Source: Castellaniella sp. (GTDB taxonomy: Bacteria > Pseudomonadota > Gammaproteobacteria > Burkholderiales > Burkholderiaceae_B). From it: DNA of 64,000 bases. Positions within the stretch are counted from its first letter, which is position 1. Every line of letters begins with the position of its first letter. The stretch covers positions 15,492-79,491 of the forward strand of contig DASSTS010000050.1 in assembly GCA_035707805.1 (NCBI GenBank), read 5' to 3'. A program made the translations under genes and the position numbers. Shown piece after piece: positions 51,895-61,544 of the stretch. The notes below the pieces were generated by a model, which worked only from the letters and a program-made list of their open reading frames with translations, had not been told where the DNA came from and did no database searches.

Positions 51895-54021
51895 ATGCGC
51901 AAACCCACCGACCCTCCCCTCGCCTGCGCGATACTTGCCCTGACCGGACTCATGACGCTGGCGTCGGCGCCCTTGCACGCACAAACGACGGACGCCACGG
52001 ACAATACCGCGACGCAGCCCGCCTCCACGTCGTCCGGCGCGGAGGCGAATGGCCAGGCCGTCAGTGAACTGGACGCGGTGAAGGTGGTCGGCTCGGTCGA
52101 CGATCTGCAAAGCCTGGATTTCTACGCTCCCAATTCCAGCGCCGTGATCAGCGCCAAGGACATCGAGGCGCAGGGCGCCCGCAAGCTCGACGAAGCCCTG
52201 CAGTACCAGGCGGGCATTCTCAGCGAACCCTATGGCGCGGACAACAAGGTCGAATGGTTCAAGATTCGGGGTTTCGAGGCGTCCACAGCGTTGGATGGCA
52301 CCCCGACGACTCCAAACGGATTCTTCGTCTGGAAGCCGGAAATTTTCGGCGTCGAATCAGTCGAGGTGTTGAAAGGGCCAAATTCCCTGGAGTTCGGTGC
52401 GTCCAAGTCGGGAGGCGTCGTCAATCTGGTGACCAAGCGCCCACACAAGGAAGAATCCCTGCTGATGAACCTGGAGGCCGGCCACCGCAATCGCCTGGGC
52501 CTGGGCATCGACTACAACGGGATTGCCAACGACGAGGGTAATGTCTATTACCGCATCGTCGCCCAGGCCCGCCGCGCCGACAGCATGCAGCGCGAGACGG
52601 ACATGAAGAGCTATTACCTGGCGCCCAGCCTGACTGTCGATTTCACCGATCGCACATCGCTGACCCTGCTGACCAGCATCCAACGCGAGGATGGCCGTCC
52701 GACCAACGGATTCCTGCCGGCCTATGGTTCGCTCGTCAGTACTCCCGACGGCCGCATCGACCGCCGCCTGAACGCAGGCGAACCGGGGTTCGATCACTTG
52801 CAGCGCACGCAGGTCGGTGCCGGTTGGCTGCTCACGCATAAGCTGAATCCGGACTGGACCTTCACACAGAACTACAAGTTTTCGTACCTGGATATCGATC
52901 AGCAAAATGTGTTTGCGTATGCCGCAGAAAATGGCCGGGAACTCAAACGCGGTTATACGCTCACCGACGGCATCACTCGAAATCACTACCTCGACCACCG
53001 CCTCAAAGGCCACGTACGCCTGAGCGACTCGGTAGAAATCCTGCCCGTCATCGGCATTGACTACCTCAAATCCAACACGTCCGGCCGCAACAACGGCTTC
53101 GGCGGGGCGCCGAACCTGGACATGTTCACCCCCGTCTACGGCAAGTCCTTTCCGGTGAGCGCGACCCCCTACGACATCGACTCCCGGCAGTTGGGCCTGT
53201 ACGCCTCCGCTCAGGCACGTGTCGGCTCGCACTGGAATTTCAACGCCGGCATCCGCCACGACCGCGCCAAGAGCGACGGTTTCACCGCCGGAAAGAATTC
53301 TGGCTACGATGTCAGCAACAACAGCGTGAATGCCGGTGTCATGTACATCAGCGACTATGGCATTTCACCGTACATCAGCTATTCGGAGTCGTTTGAACCT
53401 CAAGCAGGTGCTGACGGTTACGGCAATGCTTACGTGCCCTTCATCGGCAAGCAAAAGGAAATCGGGGTCAAACTGGAGCCCGAGTGGCTGGATGGCACCG
53501 TAACCCTGGCCTATTTCGACATTGAGCAAAAGAACTCATTGATGCCGGATCTCGTCACACAAGTACAAAAGCAAGGCGGGAAACAAACCAACAAAGGCGT
53601 GGAATTGCAAGGCAACTTCCACATCACGCCGCGCACCGGCATGCGTATTTCCTATACCTACAACCATGCCCGCCAGGACATCAGCGAAACACAAACGATC
53701 CGCACCCCGCTGATCCCCCGACACCAGGCCAGCCTCTGGGTCGATCACCGCTTCGACCTACCTGCGGGCGGCGCACTGACCGTCGGCGCTGGCGCGCGCT
53801 ACAACGGCCCGACCGAGGACCAGCAATACAATCGCGGAGCGATCGTCCCCAGTTACACGCTGTTCGACCTGATGGCACGCTACCAGATCGACCGTAACTG
53901 GTCTGTGCAGATGAACGCGCGCAACTTGACCAATAGAACGTACGTCAGCGGCTGCGACGCCTACTGCTACTACGGCGGCGAACGCACCATCGACATGCAG
54001 CTGCAATATCAATGGCGCTGA
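51895..54021 (+). CDS. TonB-dependent siderophore receptor (FhuA/FoxA-like)
   Basis: Signal peptide, TonB box ELDAVKV, plug IRGF...VEVLKGPNS...GGVVNLVTKRP, C-terminal NLTNRTYVSGC..CYYG..R and YQWR. Confidence 0.92.
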   Translation: MRKPTDPPLACAILALTGLMTLASAPLHAQTTDATDNTATQPASTSSGAEANGQAVSELDAVKVVGSVDDLQSLDFYAPNSSAVISAKDIEAQGARKLDEALQYQAGILSEPYGADNKVEWFKIRGFEASTALDGTPTTPNGFFVWKPEIFGVESVEVLKGPNSLEFGASKSGGVVNLVTKRPHKEESLLMNLEAGHRNRLGLGIDYNGIANDEGNVYYRIVAQARRADSMQRETDMKSYYLAPSLTVDFTDRTSLTLLTSIQREDGRPTNGFLPAYGSLVSTPDGRIDRRLNAGEPGFDHLQRTQVGAGWLLTHKLNPDWTFTQNYKFSYLDIDQQNVFAYAAENGRELKRGYTLTDGITRNHYLDHRLKGHVRLSDSVEILPVIGIDYLKSNTSGRNNGFGGAPNLDMFTPVYGKSFPVSATPYDIDSRQLGLYASAQARVGSHWNFNAGIRHDRAKSDGFTAGKNSGYDVSNNSVNAGVMYISDYGISPYISYSESFEPQAGADGYGNAYVPFIGKQKEIGVKLEPEWLDGTVTLAYFDIEQKNSLMPDLVTQVQKQGGKQTNKGVELQGNFHITPRTGMRISYTYNHARQDISETQTIRTPLIPRHQASLWVDHRFDLPAGGALTVGAGARYNGPTEDQQYNRGAIVPSYTLFDLMARYQIDRNWSVQMNARNLTNRTYVSGCDAYCYYGGERTIDMQLQYQWR

Positions 54022-55334
54022 GCCCGGATCCGTCCTGGCGCCGTCCCTGCCCTGCGGAGTCCGTCTCATGGACTCCGCAGGGCCTTTTCACGGTCGTATT
54101 CCTGGGCATTGCCGCCGGCCTGCAGTTGACGGACATGGGCCTGCAGGCCGTGTCGCTGTCCGCCATCCAGCGCAGCTTCGGCGTCGGCGACGCCGCCCTG
54201 GGCGCCCTGCAGGGCCTGGCCGGTGTCCTGATCGGCAGCGCTCTGGCGATCCCGCTGGCGCGCTTCGCCGACCGGTTCTCGCGTAAACGCGTACTCTTGT
54301 GCCTCATCGCCGCCTCGTCCGCCCTGATGGGGCTGAGCGCCGTCGCGCACCAGTTTCCGCTGTTCTTCATCGGCCGCTCGGCGGCCGGCATAACCGAATT
54401 CGCCATGGTGCCGCTGGTCTATTCCATGATCCCCGACCTGGCGCCGGAACGGCACCGGGTGGCGGCCAATCTCGGTTTCGCGGCCCTGGTGGCTGCCGGG
54501 GCGAGCGCCGGCTTCTACTTCAGCGGCGCCATCCTGTCCGCAGCGGACGCCTGGTTCGCCTGGCACACGGACCCCTGGCGCAAGGGCTTTCTGCTGCTCG
54601 GTCTGGCCGGCCTGCCCCTGCTGGCGCTGGGCGTGCTGACGGCCGATCCCGCGCGGCATCTGAGCGCGGAAGACCGCGCGGCCCATGGTTCGCTGCTGGC
54701 CTTCCTGCGGCGGCGCTGGCGTCCCATCGGCCTGTTCGTCGGGACGGCCGGCTGCCTGATCACCGCCGTGCAGGCGCTCAACCAGTTGATCGCCCTGGCG
54801 CTGGAGCGCCGGTTCCAGGCAGCGCCCGCCGACATCGGCCACGCCATGGGGCTGATCATTCTGCTCACCAGCGTCGGCTGCCTGCCCGTGGCCGGCGTGC
54901 TGGACCGCGCCCTGGCCCGGCGCGTCGGCCAGGCGGCACGGCCCCTGATCATGGGCTTGTCCGTGGCCGTCGCCATCCCGGTGCTTCTCCTGCTGACGTC
55001 CATGCGCACACTCGACCAGGGCTTCGTCGCCGTCGGCCTCTTCCTGTTCATGACCTGCACGGCCAATGCGCTGGTGCCGACCATGTTGCAGGACTTGGCG
55101 CCCGCCTCCCTGCGGGCGCGCTGCTTCGCGATCTGGAGCTTCGTCGTCTCGCTGTTCGGGGCCAGCGGTCCCTTGATCGCCGGCACCTTGTCGGACTGGT
55201 TCTTCGACAAGCACCTGCTGAACGCCATCGCCGCCGTCGCCGTCCCCGCCTTGGCTGTGTCGATGGGGTGCGCCCTGTGGTCCGTGCTACGGATCCGGCG
55301 GGAACGCGCACCGACCGAAAGCTGGCCCGCCTAG
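54012..55334 (+). CDS. MFS transporter
   Basis: About 12 TM segments; motif A ARFADRFSRK; GR in TM4; overlaps the TBDR1 stop. Confidence 0.87.
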   Translation: MALSPDPSWRRPCPAESVSWTPQGLFTVVFLGIAAGLQLTDMGLQAVSLSAIQRSFGVGDAALGALQGLAGVLIGSALAIPLARFADRFSRKRVLLCLIAASSALMGLSAVAHQFPLFFIGRSAAGITEFAMVPLVYSMIPDLAPERHRVAANLGFAALVAAGASAGFYFSGAILSAADAWFAWHTDPWRKGFLLLGLAGLPLLALGVLTADPARHLSAEDRAAHGSLLAFLRRRWRPIGLFVGTAGCLITAVQALNQLIALALERRFQAAPADIGHAMGLIILLTSVGCLPVAGVLDRALARRVGQAARPLIMGLSVAVAIPVLLLLTSMRTLDQGFVAVGLFLFMTCTANALVPTMLQDLAPASLRARCFAIWSFVVSLFGASGPLIAGTLSDWFFDKHLLNAIAAVAVPALAVSMGCALWSVLRIRRERAPTESWPA

Positions 55335-57469
55335 GAACCCGCTGGCTCGACCGGCGGCACGCGCACCCCCGCGCAACGGCAGGCGAACGCCCAGCACAAG
55401 GCCGCCTGGCCGAACAGGCTGCCCCGATCGTCGCTCTGCTGATGGCCGCTGTCCGGATCCAGCACCAGCACCGCCGGCCGGTCACCAGTGCTTCGGTGGC
55501 GGATGTTCGCCACCAGCTTGGCGGGTTCCCAATAGGGCACGCGGTCGTCCTTCAGCCCGGCCGTGCATAATACCGGCGGATAGTCCGCCTCCCCCACGTT
55601 CTCGTACGGCGAAATGGCCGCGATGTGGTCGTAGGCGAAGGGGTCGGCCAGCGGATCGCCCCAGTCCGGACGCAACAGGGGCACCAGCGGATGATCGGCA
55701 TCGCTCATGGTGTTCAGCATGTCGACGAAGGGCACCTGCGCGATCACCCCCGCCCAGAGCGCCGGCTCCATGTTCATGGCGCCGCACACCAGCAGTCCGC
55801 CGGCCGAGATTCCCTGGGCGACGATCCCGCCGGGGGCGGCATAGCCGATGTCCAGCAGATGGCGGGCGCAGGCGATGAAGTCCGTCATCGAATTGCGTTT
55901 CTTTTCGCGGCACCCGTCCTGGTACCAGCGCCAGCCTTTCTCCGATCCGCCGCGCACGTGCGCAATAGCGTAGCGGAAACCGGCATCGACCAGCACGGTC
56001 GCCGGCAGCGAAAAAACGGGTTCACTGGCAATGCCGTAGGCGCCATAGCCGGTCAGCAGGAGGGGCTGCGGCGCATCCGGACCCGCGTCCCGGCGGGACA
56101 ACACGGTGATCGGAACGGTTTCGCCATCGGACGCCCTGGCGTACAAACGCTCCACCCGATAAGCATCCCGGTCGAACCCGGCGGGCTCGGCCTGGCCGGC
56201 CACGACGCGCCGCCCCGTGGCCAGGTCGATATCCAGCCAGCACGGCGGACTGGCCGGCGCCTGGTGCACGATTCGCACCAGGCGGGCGTCATACGGCTGC
56301 GAGGGAACGAGTTCGATGGAATACGCGGGTTCGTCGAAGCCCACGACGGTCTCCCGGCCATCGGGATGGCTCAGCACGAGGCGACGCAGCCCTTGCACGC
56401 GTTCAAGCCGCGCCAGCGCCTGGGCAAAGGGGCGGATGGCGATGATGGGCACACCGGCGCGATGAGGCACCAGTTCGTCGCGCACCGCCAGCGTCGCCGG
56501 ATCCAGGCGCAGCAGCTTGCGGTCGATGGCGCCGCCCGCGTCGGTGAGCATCAACAGCGCGCCATGCCACTCGTCCACCTCGTACCGGGTGCCGCGCTGG
56601 CGCGGCCGCACCAGCCGGGGCGGCTCGGTCTCGGCGCCGGCGGCGATCAGGCGCACCTCGCCGATGTCCGGCCCGGCCAGCGTCAAGGTGACGAAACCGC
56701 CGGCGGCCGTGCGCGCCACCTGCATGAAAATGGCCGGATCCTTCTCTTCGTAGACCAGCACCGCCTCGCCACCCTCGACGGGGGAGCGGTACAACCGGGT
56801 CGGCCGGCTGTGCTCGTCTCGCCAGATCCAGAACAGGTATCGGGACGAAGGCGAAAAGGCAAAGCCGCCATAGCCGAAGGCATCGGAGGACACCACGGTG
56901 CGCAGGATGCCTTGCTCCATGTCCAGCACGCAGATCCGGTGCCGGTCGTCGCCGATCACGTCCTCTGCCCAGGCGAAGTAGCGGTCGTCGGGACTGGGCT
57001 GGTGATCCGTCGCACGATAGTAGGCGTGCCCCCGGGCTCGTGCGGCCTCGTCCAGGAGCAACAGGGGCTCACCGCCCGCCAGCGCGCGCGTGAAGACGCG
57101 CCGCGATCCGCCCGCGGAAAGCCGGGATCCATAGCACCACCCCGCCTGCGCGGCGGGCTGTGGCTCGCGGATCTCGGGCGCGCGGGCCGCCATGCGTTCG
57201 CGCAGTGCTGCGGCATCCCCCGCCAGCGGCTGCAGGACGGCATCCGCGTACTGCATCTCGGCTTCCAGGTGCTCCCGCAACGGCGGGGGCAGGTTCCCCA
57301 GCGTGCGCGTGCCCGAGGGCGGAATGAACTTCATCCAGGCATAGGCGTCGTTGCGATGGCGCCCGAGCTGGTGGATTTCATGATCCTGGCGTGGCGCCAC
57401 CGGAGCGGGGACTTCCGGCCAGGCGGCGGAGGAAGGGGCTGAGGGTCTGGAAGGCATAGTGAGCAGCAT
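55331..57469 (-). CDS. S9A oligopeptidase B (PtrB)-like serine peptidase
   Basis: DAYAWM N-terminus, beta-propeller region, GYGAYG, HVRGG, and triad GISAGG / DDRV / SGH. No signal peptide. Confidence 0.88.
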   Translation of the reverse strand: MLLTMPSRPSAPSSAAWPEVPAPVAPRQDHEIHQLGRHRNDAYAWMKFIPPSGTRTLGNLPPPLREHLEAEMQYADAVLQPLAGDAAALRERMAARAPEIREPQPAAQAGWCYGSRLSAGGSRRVFTRALAGGEPLLLLDEAARARGHAYYRATDHQPSPDDRYFAWAEDVIGDDRHRICVLDMEQGILRTVVSSDAFGYGGFAFSPSSRYLFWIWRDEHSRPTRLYRSPVEGGEAVLVYEEKDPAIFMQVARTAAGGFVTLTLAGPDIGEVRLIAAGAETEPPRLVRPRQRGTRYEVDEWHGALLMLTDAGGAIDRKLLRLDPATLAVRDELVPHRAGVPIIAIRPFAQALARLERVQGLRRLVLSHPDGRETVVGFDEPAYSIELVPSQPYDARLVRIVHQAPASPPCWLDIDLATGRRVVAGQAEPAGFDRDAYRVERLYARASDGETVPITVLSRRDAGPDAPQPLLLTGYGAYGIASEPVFSLPATVLVDAGFRYAIAHVRGGSEKGWRWYQDGCREKKRNSMTDFIACARHLLDIGYAAPGGIVAQGISAGGLLVCGAMNMEPALWAGVIAQVPFVDMLNTMSDADHPLVPLLRPDWGDPLADPFAYDHIAAISPYENVGEADYPPVLCTAGLKDDRVPYWEPAKLVANIRHRSTGDRPAVLVLDPDSGHQQSDDRGSLFGQAALCWAFACRCAGVRVPPVEPAGS

Positions 57470-57491
57470 TCTTTCATATTTCCTTCACAAT

Positions 57492-57548
57492 TTGAACTAT
57501 GAACGATTCTTGTTTAGAATCCAAATCCTAATTGAGAATGATTTTCAT
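57492..57548 (+). promoter_or_regulatory. sigma70 promoter plus Fur box of TBDR2 (divergent from the peptidase)
   Basis: TTGAAC-N17-TAGAAT (57492-57520); TGAGAATGATTTTCA (57533-57547). Confidence 0.8.
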
Positions 57549-57575
57549 GACTTTTATCGTTTAAGGGAGATTTGC

Positions 57576-59822
57576 GTGGAAGACACTCTAGAGACCCGGA
57601 CGGGCAAGCTGGCCGGCGGCCTGGCCACGGCGCTGGCCACCCCGGGCCTGTTCCTGCTGCCGCAGGCGGCCCAGGCCCAGAACACAGACCCGGCCCAGCT
57701 CAGCCCCATCCGGGTCCAGGGTGAGAATCCCGCGCCCTTCCTGGTCAAGGAGTCGGCCTCCGACAAGTTCACCGCGCCCCTGCTGGACACGGCCAAGTCC
57801 GTGCAGGTCATCCCGAAGGAACTGATCCAGAGCCAGGCCGCCACCACCCTGACCGACGTGCTGCGCAACTCTCCGGGCATCAGCTTCGGCGCCGGCGAAG
57901 GCGGCAATCCGCTGGGCGACCGTCCCTTCATCCGCGGCTATGACGCCCAGTCCAGCACCTTCGTCGACGGCATGCGCGACATCGGCGCGACGTCCCGCGA
58001 GGTCTTCAACCTGGAACAGGTCGAAGTCATCAAGGGCGCGGACGGCGCCTATGCGGGCCGGGGCGGCGCGGGCGGCAGCATCGACCTGATCAGCAAGACC
58101 GCGAAACTGCGCGACTTCACCGACGTATCGGCCGGATTCGGCACGGCCAAGTATTTTCGCCAGACCGTCGACAGCAACTGGAAGCTGGGCGAGTCGACCG
58201 CATTTCGCCTGAATGCCATGAACCACAGCCAGGACGTCGACGGCCGCGATGCCGTCGACTACAAGCGCTGGGGCGTGGCGCCGACGATCTCCTTCGGCCT
58301 GGGCACGCCGACGCGCGTGACGCTGAGCTATTTCCACATGGAATCGGACGACACGCCGGATAGCGGGATTCCGTATACCTATTCGAGCAACCCCAAAGCG
58401 CACCGCAGCCCAATTGACGTCGACCGCGACAACTTCTACGGTCTGGACAGCGATTACCGCCGCACGCGCAACGACATGGGTACGTTGCGCATCGAGCACG
58501 ACTTCAGCGACCGGCTGACCCTGCGCAACCAGACCCGCTACACGCGCGCCACGCAACGCTATGTCTGGACCAATCCGGATGACAGCCAAGGCAACATCGA
58601 CAGGGGCATGGTCTTTCGCAATGCCAAGAGCCGTGACAGCCAAGTCAGCACCTGGGCCAACCAGACGGAACTCCAGGGAGAGCTCCAAACGGGCACACTC
58701 AAGCACCGATTCCTGACAGGGATCGAACTGTCCGTCGAGGAGGGGCGCAAAAGCTCTCTTGACGTCGTCAGGACGGATGGCCTCACCAGAATCGGCGGCA
58801 AGTGGGTGTGCCCCGGCACCGGCGCGGTCTCCAACTACAATTGCACGAGCTTGTCCAATCCCAACCCCAGCGATCCCTGGGTCAACACAGGCAGCGGCGG
58901 CCCTGGAGCCCCCACCTACTCGCGCACTCTGACGAAATCGATCTATGGATTCGACACCATCGAATTCAATGAGCACTGGCAGACCACCCTGGGTCTGCGC
59001 GTGGATGACTACAACACCCGTCTGGACCAGCCCGCCAGCGAAGGCGTCTATCGCCACGACACGCTGTTCAATTACCAGTTGGGGCTGGTCTACAAGCCCG
59101 CCTCCAACGGCAGCGTCTACGTGTCCTACGGCACTTCCTCCACGCCGGCCGGCGCCACGCTGGGCGAAGGCAGCGAAACGCAAGGCCTGACCCCCGGGCG
59201 CGGCGGCGTCGGCCCCAATGCGGCCGACATGGCTCCCGAGAAGAACCGCACCCTGGAACTGGGCACCAAGTGGGACTTCCTGGATGGCCGCCTGGGCCTG
59301 ACCGCTGCCGTGTTCCGCGTCGAGACCACCAATGCGCGGATCACGCTGCCTGACAATACCTATGCCATGGCGGGCGACAAGCGTGTCGATGGCTTCGAGC
59401 TGGGCTTCTCGGGCAACGTCACGCCCAAATGGCAAGTCTTCGGCGGCTACACCTACCTCAAGAGCCGGATCGGCGATGACGGCAAGACGGGCTCGGCATC
59501 CGATGAAGGCAACGCCTTCCCCAATACGCCGGAGCACAGCTTCAGCCTCTGGAGCACCTACGCCTTCACGCCGAAGCTGACTGCCGGGGCGGGCGCCTAT
59601 TACGTCGGCAAACAGTACGGCAACACCGCCAACACCACCAGCATCCCGTCCTACTGGCGTTTCGACGCCATGGTGGGCTACCAGTTCAACAAGACGGTGG
59701 ACCTGCAGATCAACGTGAACAACCTGACGGACGAGACCTACTACACCCAGGCCTACACCACGCACTATGCGGCCATCGCCCCGGGACGCTCGGCGGTTGC
59801 GACGCTGAACCTGCACTTCTGA
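57576..59822 (+). CDS. TonB-dependent catecholate-type receptor (Fiu/PiuA-like)
   Basis: GEGGNPLGDRPFIRGYD, FVDGMRD and EVIKG plug motifs; C-terminal APGRS...LHF; AAGGGAG RBS before GTG. Confidence 0.9.
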   Translation: MEDTLETRTGKLAGGLATALATPGLFLLPQAAQAQNTDPAQLSPIRVQGENPAPFLVKESASDKFTAPLLDTAKSVQVIPKELIQSQAATTLTDVLRNSPGISFGAGEGGNPLGDRPFIRGYDAQSSTFVDGMRDIGATSREVFNLEQVEVIKGADGAYAGRGGAGGSIDLISKTAKLRDFTDVSAGFGTAKYFRQTVDSNWKLGESTAFRLNAMNHSQDVDGRDAVDYKRWGVAPTISFGLGTPTRVTLSYFHMESDDTPDSGIPYTYSSNPKAHRSPIDVDRDNFYGLDSDYRRTRNDMGTLRIEHDFSDRLTLRNQTRYTRATQRYVWTNPDDSQGNIDRGMVFRNAKSRDSQVSTWANQTELQGELQTGTLKHRFLTGIELSVEEGRKSSLDVVRTDGLTRIGGKWVCPGTGAVSNYNCTSLSNPNPSDPWVNTGSGGPGAPTYSRTLTKSIYGFDTIEFNEHWQTTLGLRVDDYNTRLDQPASEGVYRHDTLFNYQLGLVYKPASNGSVYVSYGTSSTPAGATLGEGSETQGLTPGRGGVGPNAADMAPEKNRTLELGTKWDFLDGRLGLTAAVFRVETTNARITLPDNTYAMAGDKRVDGFELGFSGNVTPKWQVFGGYTYLKSRIGDDGKTGSASDEGNAFPNTPEHSFSLWSTYAFTPKLTAGAGAYYVGKQYGNTANTTSIPSYWRFDAMVGYQFNKTVDLQINVNNLTDETYYTQAYTTHYAAIAPGRSAVATLNLHF

Positions 59823-60745
59823 TGGACGCGGGCGACGCGCTGGACAGCCACGCCATCAACCAGGCGGATCCTTCCGTCCTGGCCGACGAGCTGCGGCGCA
59901 TCCTGGCCGGCCCGCCCGGACAGGCGGCCGCCACGCTGCGGGCGGCGGCGGAGGGCGGCGTGGTCCAGGCGCAGCTGGTCTACGGCCAGTGGCTGCTGGA
60001 CGGCCGGGGCGTCGCCTGCGATCCCGCGCAGGCGGTGCAGTGGTTCGAGCATGCCAGCCGCCACGGCGATCCCATGGCCCTGAACATGCTGGGCCAATGC
60101 CACGCCCACGGCTGGGGCGTCCCCCGCAATCCTTTCATGGCCGCCTACTGGTTCCGGCTGGCCGCCATCGGCGGCCTGGACTGGGGCATGTACAACTACG
60201 CCACCGCCCTGGCCCTGGGCCAGGGCATCCCGACCGACCGGACCGCGGCGCTCGGGTGGTTCCGCAAGGCGGCCGCGCTGGGCCACGCCAAATCGCTCAA
60301 CATGATCGGCAGCTTCTACGAAGACGGCTGGGTGGTCGACCCGGACGAGAACCAGGCGCTGGACTGGTACCTGCGGGCTGCCGAAGGCGGTGATTTCCGC
60401 GGCCAGTTCAACACGGCCCGCCTGCTGCTGGCACGCGGGCGGCTCGAGGAAGCCCTGCGCTGGCTGGACCGGGTGCCCGACACCGCCACCCCTGCCTTTC
60501 TGGGCCAAGCCGCCGACTGGCTGCAGTCCTGTCTGGCGTCCTTCCGGGGTCCGTCGAACCCGGTCCCTGGGCCGGACATCACCGCCCGGCTGATGCCGCT
60601 CATCCACCATTATCGGCAACATCCGGGGACGCCTGCGCCCGGCGCCACACTGTCGGCATCCGGGGCACGGCAGCACGGGGACCCCTCATCGCACCATCCT
60701 TCCGCGTCCTCCGGGACGCCATCCCCGACATCACCACCATGCTGA
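59822..60745 (+). CDS. Sel1-like repeat protein
   Basis: Repeated A...LG..Y..G.GV..D...A..WF..AA units. Confidence 0.85.
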   Translation: MDAGDALDSHAINQADPSVLADELRRILAGPPGQAAATLRAAAEGGVVQAQLVYGQWLLDGRGVACDPAQAVQWFEHASRHGDPMALNMLGQCHAHGWGVPRNPFMAAYWFRLAAIGGLDWGMYNYATALALGQGIPTDRTAALGWFRKAAALGHAKSLNMIGSFYEDGWVVDPDENQALDWYLRAAEGGDFRGQFNTARLLLARGRLEEALRWLDRVPDTATPAFLGQAADWLQSCLASFRGPSNPVPGPDITARLMPLIHHYRQHPGTPAPGATLSASGARQHGDPSSHHPSASSGTPSPTSPPC

Positions 60746-61479
60746 TCACGATCCCAGACCTGCTGAGCGCCAGGCAAGTGCGGCAATGCCGCCAGGCGCT
60801 GGAATCCGCCCCCTGGACGGACGGCCGTGCCACGGCGGGACATGTCGCCGCCCACCTGAAGGCCAATCGCCAACTGGCCCTGGACGACCCCATCGGACTG
60901 CAGATCGGCAGCCTGATCGTCCAGGCGCTGGGCCGGCACCCCGTCTTCCAGTCCGCCGCCCTGCCCGCCCATATCCTGCCCCCGCGCTTCAATCGCTACG
61001 AGGGCGGCGAGCACTACGGCTTTCACATCGACAACGCGCTCTTTCGCGTGCCGGCCAGCGGCCCGACCCAACCGCCACCGGACGCGCAGACGCCCGGCAT
61101 GCCCGCCGCAGCGCCGGCCTCCGGCCTGCTGCGCACCGACATCTCCACCACCGTGTTCTTCAGCGACCCCGACGAATACGAGGGCGGAGAGCTGATCATC
61201 CAGGACACCTACGGCGAGCAGCGCGTGAAGCTGCCCGCGGGCCAGGCCGTCATCTATCCCGGCACCAGCCTGCACCGCGTCGCCCCCGTCACCCGGGGCG
61301 TGCGCTACGGATCGTTTTTCTGGACCCAGAGCCTGGTGCGCGACGACGCCCGGCGCAGCATCCTGCTGCAGCAGGATGTCGCCATCCAGCGCCTCATCCA
61401 GTCCGGCGCCGATGCCGACACCGTCAGCCAGTTGACCGGCGTGTACCACAATCTGTTGCGTCTCTGGGCGGAGCCCTGA
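60739..61479 (+). CDS. piuC: PKHD-type Fe(II)/2-oxoglutarate hydroxylase (PiuC/YbiX)
   Basis: WTDGRATAG, FNRY, HID, RTDIS, YEGGEL, SLHRV.PVTRG.R and YHNLLRLW motifs. Confidence 0.9.
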   Translation: MLITIPDLLSARQVRQCRQALESAPWTDGRATAGHVAAHLKANRQLALDDPIGLQIGSLIVQALGRHPVFQSAALPAHILPPRFNRYEGGEHYGFHIDNALFRVPASGPTQPPPDAQTPGMPAAAPASGLLRTDISTTVFFSDPDEYEGGELIIQDTYGEQRVKLPAGQAVIYPGTSLHRVAPVTRGVRYGSFFWTQSLVRDDARRSILLQQDVAIQRLIQSGADADTVSQLTGVYHNLLRLWAEP

Positions 61480-61544
61480 TGCGACACTAACGACTCGCCG
61501 CCGGCGGACATTTCCGTCCCGGTCGGCATTGAATCCCAACCCGG

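Noticed and set aside
51895-57469. Lasso peptide or other RiPP biosynthetic cluster (TBDR + S9 peptidase)
   Set aside because: No precursor, B/C maturation enzymes or FecIR genes are present. Kept only as an uptake/hydrolysis hypothesis.
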